DNA from: Octopus bimaculoides
Lineage: Eukaryota
Assembly: GCF_001194135.2 (NCBI RefSeq)
Contig: NC_069004.1
Coordinates: 2,773,560 to 2,837,559 of the forward strand
DNA: 64,000 bases
Direction of reading: 5' to 3'
Shown here: piece by piece, positions 57,895 through 64,000 of the stretch
How the letters are laid out: the number at the start of each line of letters is the position of its first letter
Position numbering within the stretch: position 1 is the first letter of the stretch
Position numbers and translations under genes: made by a program
Notes under the pieces: model-generated
Seen by the model: only the letters and a program-made list of their open reading frames with translations
Database searches by the model: none
What the model was told of the DNA's origin: nothing

Positions 57895-58409
57895 TACAGG
57901 TGTATGCATGGCTGTATGGTAAGAAGCTTGCTTCCCAATCTCATGGTTCCTGGTTCAGTTCCACTATGTCACACATTGGGAAAGTGTCTTTTTGGGCCAA
58001 CCAAATCCTTGTGAGTGGATTTTGTAGATGAAAGCTGATAGAAACCCTGTGTGTGTGTGTGTGTGTGCACGTGTATATGTATATATAAAAAATATAGAGT
58101 AGTGGTACAACAAGGCACCAATGTTTACTGGAAGTAGCAGTTAATAAATTTGATGCTATAGTAAAGTTTTACCGTGTGTGTGTGTATGTATATATATATT
58201 TATGAGTATTTGTTTGCCCACCACCACCTGACAACCGGTGTTGGTGTGTTTGCATTCCTGCAGCTCAGTGGTTCACCAGATGAGATAGTATAAGTACTTG
58301 GCTTAAAACAATAAGTCCTGGGTTCAATTTGTGCAACTAAAACTTTTCAAGGTGGTGCCCCAGCTTGGCCGTAGGCAATTGACTGAAACAAGTAAAAGAA
58401 TAAAAGAAT
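57895..58409 (+). mobile_element. CORE-like SINE, full copy with expanded middle
   Basis: Same head and tail as the 23608 copy. Confidence 0.8.
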
Positions 58410-61325
58410 TATAAAGTTAATTGTTAAGGGCTGTTGCCCTTCAGGTAAGATTTTCGACAGGTGAGGTGTTATACCTTGTAATTTTGATGAATATTATTAA
58501 GGCATAGACAAGGTAGGCTTACAAGGTAAGAATGTGAGATTTGTTGTACAGGTAAGAATGTGAGATTTGTTGTACAGGTAAGACTATTTCTCATTTTTGC
58601 ATTTGAAGTTTTTAAAGTTTTATTTATTCATAATTGATTTGATGTGGAGGAAGGGATTCTACTTGTGGCCTTCATAGGCCCTCCGGGACTGGTGAGATTG
58701 CTGATTATGTTTCACCTGAATTGTTAAGTCAACAGTTCCAGGGAAAACATGGGCAGGGAAATAATTCCAAAGGGAGCTGATGTTCTGGGAAGGAAAAAAA
58801 GTGGGAATAGTGGTAGGTGCATGGCTTGTGCTGGTGGTAATATTATGAGTGATATGAGGGGGGAAAAGAAAAAACCCTAAAAAAAAAAGTACAAGGGTCA
58901 AGCCAAAACAAAAAAAGCACAGTGGTCAATTCACTCAACTAACATTCTTCAAGGTGGTAGGGTCTCCCGTGCTGGACAGAGGTCAGACAAGTATGGTTCA
59001 CCTCATCATCCCAAAGGTAAAAATGGGTTTGTTTAGGGGCCAACTCTTCCACCTATAAAAAATAAAAATAAAAAAAAGGTCAAGTTACTGAAGCATTGAT
59101 GACGATTTAAAACCAACAAAACTTGGAAGAGGAAGACCTTCCTCCAAATAAAACATCTCGAGACACACATGAGGGCACTCCCTGTATTAAGTGGCCCTGA
59201 TAGTCCATAGTCCAGAACATTGGAGAAAAGCCATTGACGACCTAATTCCCCCTGGGGAGCAAAGAGTTTAACATCAAGTATTTGGGTTGATGTATTGACT
59301 TATCCCCTCCCACCTCCCAATACTTTCTGTCTTTATATGTATGTTAGATGTTATTTAAAACTTGTTCATTCTTGTTATGACCTCTTTGTTTGGGTACACA
59401 GTTTAAAAAGTACACAAATACGTATTATGATCAATGCTTACTTAATAAAATGACTTATTTTCAATTTATATTATGCACTCCCAAATCTCTCTCTCTGTCT
59501 ACACTCACACACACGTTTATCACAGCCTCTTTCTCTGTTAATTTCTTTTGTCTTCCATTGTATTGTATTTCTGTTATTCAAATCATTTTATATTATATGC
59601 CCATGGAAACAAAAGAATAATTAGTGAAAGAAAAATTAAAATAAAAACCATTAATGATGATGATATTACATTAGTATAAGGCCTTCATGTTTCAGCAAGC
59701 TCCATAACATTTGGTTAACCTTGGTATATTACTGGTAATAAATTTTATCAACTCCTCTCTTACCTTTACTAGAACAATGGAAAATCCAAGGTGAATAGAT
59801 TTTCAATTGGGGAGAACAGGGGCGTCTCTATCTTGAGTGGAGAGGTCCATGTGGCTTCAGCTTATCTCGGTTCCAATGGCGATGAAAGGCGAAGTCAACC
59901 GTGGCGGAATTTGAACTTGGAATGTAGTGGCAGATGAAATACCATTAAGCGTTTAGCCTGGCATGCTAACGATTCTGCCTGCTCGCCACCTTCAATAATG
60001 ACACTGGTTTCAAATTTTGACACAAGGCCAGCAATTTTGGAGGAGGGGATAAGTCGATTACATCGACCCGCCCCCCCCAATATTCATCTGGTACTTATTT
60101 TATTGACCCCGAAGGGATAAAAGGTAAAGTTGATCTTGACAATTTGAACTCTGAACAAAGCAACAGCTGATATGCTTACTCATTGTGCTAACGAGTCTGT
60201 CAGCTCACCACCTTATCTACCCACGCGATTTACTGGTATGAAGGAAAATTTGAAAAATACTTTTCAAGGGCGTGGCAAACAAGTTTAACTGGGACTCCAG
60301 AGTATATTTGCAAAAGCAGTAACTATAGCAACGTTTCTGACAAAGGTACAAACAGGATCTGGGAATTTAGTGTTGGGGGAATAATTGTTAATCTTTTACT
60401 TATTTCAGTCATTGGACTGTAGCCATGCTGGGGCACCACCTTGAAGGGATTTTATTTGAACAAATCAATGTCAGTAGTTTTTTTTTTTCTTTAAACTTTG
60501 GCATACATTCTCTTGGTTGCTTTTGGTGAACAGATTATGCCATGGGGACATAAACAAACCAACATCAGTTGTGAAGTAGAGTGGGCAGACCCAAACACAA
60601 ATACAGCCCGTTTTGTGTATATGTGGGTGTATCCTTATCGTTTAGTGTCCATATTCCGTGCTGGTATATGGTTGGATGGTTTGACATGAACTGACAGTTC
60701 AGAGGATAGGTCGAGCTCCAATTACTGTTTTGGCCCAGTTTCTACGGTCGGACGATCTTGTTTAACACTAATCACCTCACACAGTGTACTGGTTGCTTTT
60801 CCATGTCATTGACACTTGTGAAGGCGCTGAGTACCTCGCAGGACAAGACGCCGTGATTGGTGGTGGTGCTGTATTGATGGAGGAGTTACATGACTATACC
60901 ACGCTAGAAAAAGTACGGTGAAGTGTCACGACACAACTTGAAGGCACATGAGGGTGAATGTGGGTGACAAAGGCACAGAGAAGAGCATAATGATGGGATC
61001 AGATAAGTAACGCGAAAATATAAGGTTAGTGACGGATAATTATATGTAGGGAATAGAGATATAGGGGAAAGGGCAAAATTATTGGTGAATATCTGTTTTT
61101 CTTTCCCCCTCCTCCTTCGCAACACTACCGCTTGACAAACGACGTTGGTTTGTCTACATCCCTCCAGCGGTTTGGCAAAAGTGACCGATAGAATAAAATA
61201 CTAGGCTTTTCGAAAAAAAAAAAACTGGCTGATTCGTTCGACTGCGGTGCCCCAGCATGGCCGTAGTCCAATTCCTGAAACTAGTGAATATAAAGATATA
61301 ATTACTTCTCTCTCTCTCTCTCTGT

Positions 61326-61385
<60 letters not shown>

Positions 61386-61481
61386 TGTGTGTATGACGGA
61401 TAAGCAGGATAAGAAGGGGGGATAACTCTCTTTGTTTGAGATAACTCCCTATTTCTGCTCATAATAGTGTCATAGCAACTA

Positions 61482-61500
61482 CTGCCAGTAGGTGGCGCTA
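61482..61500 (+). promoter_or_regulatory. CTCF-binding motif
   Basis: CTGCCAGTAGGTGGCGCTA closely matches the CTCF core consensus (TGGCCACCAGGGGGCGCTA type); sits at the edge of a CpG-rich unique island. Confidence 0.6.
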
Positions 61501-62034
61501 GCGATCTCCTTGTCTGGTCAAGAGGAGTTAAATGGTTCCCGTCTTTCTGAGCGTCATGCTGGATTGTTATGTGGCTGGCGATTTACCCTGGCCGCTGGTC
61601 TCCGTGTCGGCTGCCCGTCTTCGTTTGCCAGTGGTAGCAGCAGCATTATACTGCATTGTTTAGGTAGGTAACAAAAAATATAGCTACAAAAACGAACCGA
61701 TCAAACGTATACAGGAATCGGAAAGGCCAAGCAAGAAAGCAAACGGGAGCAACAAAACCAATGACGAAAGACAGTTGACGACGGCCTTTCCTCTTTATTA
61801 ATTTCAATTTCTTTCATTTATGTCTGTCTGCCTCGACTCATCGACGGCCACTGCTGGCAATACGACAGGACAAACAAAACAAAAAAAGCAAGGCAGGATA
61901 AAGAAAAGAGAATAAGTCGAGTCGATCTCGGCTTCCTTTACAAATAGGAAGCACTGCCGCCTCTTGTGAATCCGTCAAAGCCTCCAAGAAGTCTCCTACG
62001 AAATATATATACATACATACATATACACATACAT

Positions 62035-62083
<49 letters not shown>

Positions 62084-63084
62084 NNNNNNNNNNNNNNNNN
62101 NNNNNNNNNNNNNNNNNNNNNNNNNNNNNNNNNNNNNNNNNNNNNNNNNNNNNNNNNNNNNNNNNNNNNNNNNNNNNNNNNNNNNNNNNNNNNNNNNNNN
62201 NNNNNNNNNNNNNNNNNNNNNNNNNNNNNNNNNNNNNNNNNNNNNNNNNNNNNNNNNNNNNNNNNNNNNNNNNNNNNNNNNNNNNNNNNNNNNNNNNNNN
62301 NNNNNNNNNNNNNNNNNNNNNNNNNNNNNNNNNNNNNNNNNNNNNNNNNNNNNNNNNNNNNNNNNNNNNNNNNNNNNNNNNNNNNNNNNNNNNNNNNNNN
62401 NNNNNNNNNNNNNNNNNNNNNNNNNNNNNNNNNNNNNNNNNNNNNNNNNNNNNNNNNNNNNNNNNNNNNNNNNNNNNNNNNNNNNNNNNNNNNNNNNNNN
62501 NNNNNNNNNNNNNNNNNNNNNNNNNNNNNNNNNNNNNNNNNNNNNNNNNNNNNNNNNNNNNNNNNNNNNNNNNNNNNNNNNNNNNNNNNNNNNNNNNNNN
62601 NNNNNNNNNNNNNNNNNNNNNNNNNNNNNNNNNNNNNNNNNNNNNNNNNNNNNNNNNNNNNNNNNNNNNNNNNNNNNNNNNNNNNNNNNNNNNNNNNNNN
62701 NNNNNNNNNNNNNNNNNNNNNNNNNNNNNNNNNNNNNNNNNNNNNNNNNNNNNNNNNNNNNNNNNNNNNNNNNNNNNNNTTAACCCCACCCCCTCTTAAT
62801 CGTTTTCCTCTTGTGACATCGTGTTATATTTGTTTCATACCGTATTCATTCTGTTATATGTATGTATATATATATATATATATATTTTTATATATATATA
62901 TAATGTGTGTGTGTCTGCACACATTTTAGGCTCGACAAACGATTGACGTCTTCTGCAATGTCTATAAAATCTCAGCGAGGAAATAGATTGCACTCATCGA
63001 TCTCCAGTTACACTTAAAGGCCGGGCATAATTCAACTAGCTAGGGAGTTTGCCTCACTCGAATTCTCATCCGAATACTACGTTT

Positions 63085-63505
63085 TCGCCATCGTTTTAAC
63101 GCCCACTCTCCCTTTCTTGCATGTGTAAGACGGAATTTGTCGAGGCAGATTTTCCACGGCCTGATGCCCTTCCTGTCACTAACCCTCACCTGTTTCCTAG
63201 CAGGGTAATATGGCCAGACAAGTTTTCCATGAAAGGCTGGTAACGAACAACCCCGTTTGTATGACAATAATAGTCGTTTACAACCACCATATGTAAATAG
63301 AAGAGTACACCCGCATATACACACACACACACACATACACATACGCTGGTTTTCTATTCAGTTTCTGCCTACTAAATCCATGCATAGGGATTTGGTTGGC
63401 CTGGGGCTATAGTATGACACCTGTCTCAAGTAGCCATGCAATGAGAATAAACCCTGGGACCACATGATTGGGAAGCAAGCTTCTCAAGCTCACAGCCACG
63501 CCTAA
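63085..63505 (-). mobile_element. CORE-like SINE with RTE-like tail (tail type 2)
   Basis: Same head/CORE as above but the tail contains aggaagggcatc and ends in gatg repeats; tail fragments also at 26755, 30190 and 32880-33460. Confidence 0.7.
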
Positions 63506-63811
63506 TTCTGTTTGTCAAACATTTAAGAATTCGTTTACATTTCTAAATTCATATTCACAATTTTTGTTTGATTACCTTCTATGAAGACATGATGGTCACG
63601 GTTGGAACATCTTTGATCACTGGACTGCTCTATCAGGGCTGACTTGGAGTTAAACGAGATGAACACTAAGCCATCAAGGAAGTCTCTACATGATCACTTG
63701 ACCTGATGTAAATTGAGGGGAATGATATTAAAATTATATATTGAAAAAATAAGACAATATTTGTTTGCTTACGTATGTATAATAGGGAAGCAATATATAT
63801 ATATATATGCA

Positions 63812-63948
63812 TGCATTGTTAAGAAGCAGCAAAAATTTCACAAAACCTGTTACTCAGTTTCACCTTCCTGTTCATCGGACAAAACAATAGGAACATGAAA
63901 CTCTGAGTAACAGTTTTTGTAATATTTTTGCTGCTTTTTAATAATGCA
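63812..63948. repeat. foldback/palindromic element
   Basis: Arms of ~55 bp (cattgttaagaagcagcaaaaatttcacaaaacctgttactcag / ctgagtaacagtttttgtaatatttttgctgctttttaataatg); a related palindrome is at 3105-3217. Confidence 0.75.
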
Positions 63949-64000
63949 AACCACCATGGAGAACAAATATAGATGGGCTGGCCACATCGTGCAACTGAAG

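Overview
AT-rich, microsatellite- and SINE-dense eukaryotic scaffold with many N gaps. The repeat landscape suggests a coleoid cephalopod, probably Octopus (inference). Two genes lie head-to-head. (1) A complete 12-coding-exon MBOAT1/2-type lysophospholipid acyltransferase on the minus strand (ATG 36738 to stop 12383; 1521 nt CDS, 506 aa). All splice phases are compatible and the catalytic Asn (DNWN) and His (WHG) motifs are intact. (2) The 5' part of a PHF20/PHF20L1-like tandem-Tudor chromatin reader on the plus strand (candidate ATG 44237; exons at 53161, 55632, 57541), with one exon predicted inside the 56322-57080 gap. The rest is mobile DNA: a full-length decayed Tc1 DD34E element with TIRs and TA TSD, mariner remnants, piggyBac-, hAT- and pogo-type MITEs, RTE LINE fragments (one with twin-priming-like inversion) and several tRNA-derived SINE families. 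Most notable: two minimal hammerhead-ribozyme motifs of Penelope-like architecture on the minus strand (29999-30035, intact; 18151-18198, inside a tRNA-headed SINE), and a near-consensus CTCF site at a CpG-rich intronic island (61482). Exon and motif coordinates were counted by hand; repeat boundaries are approximate.
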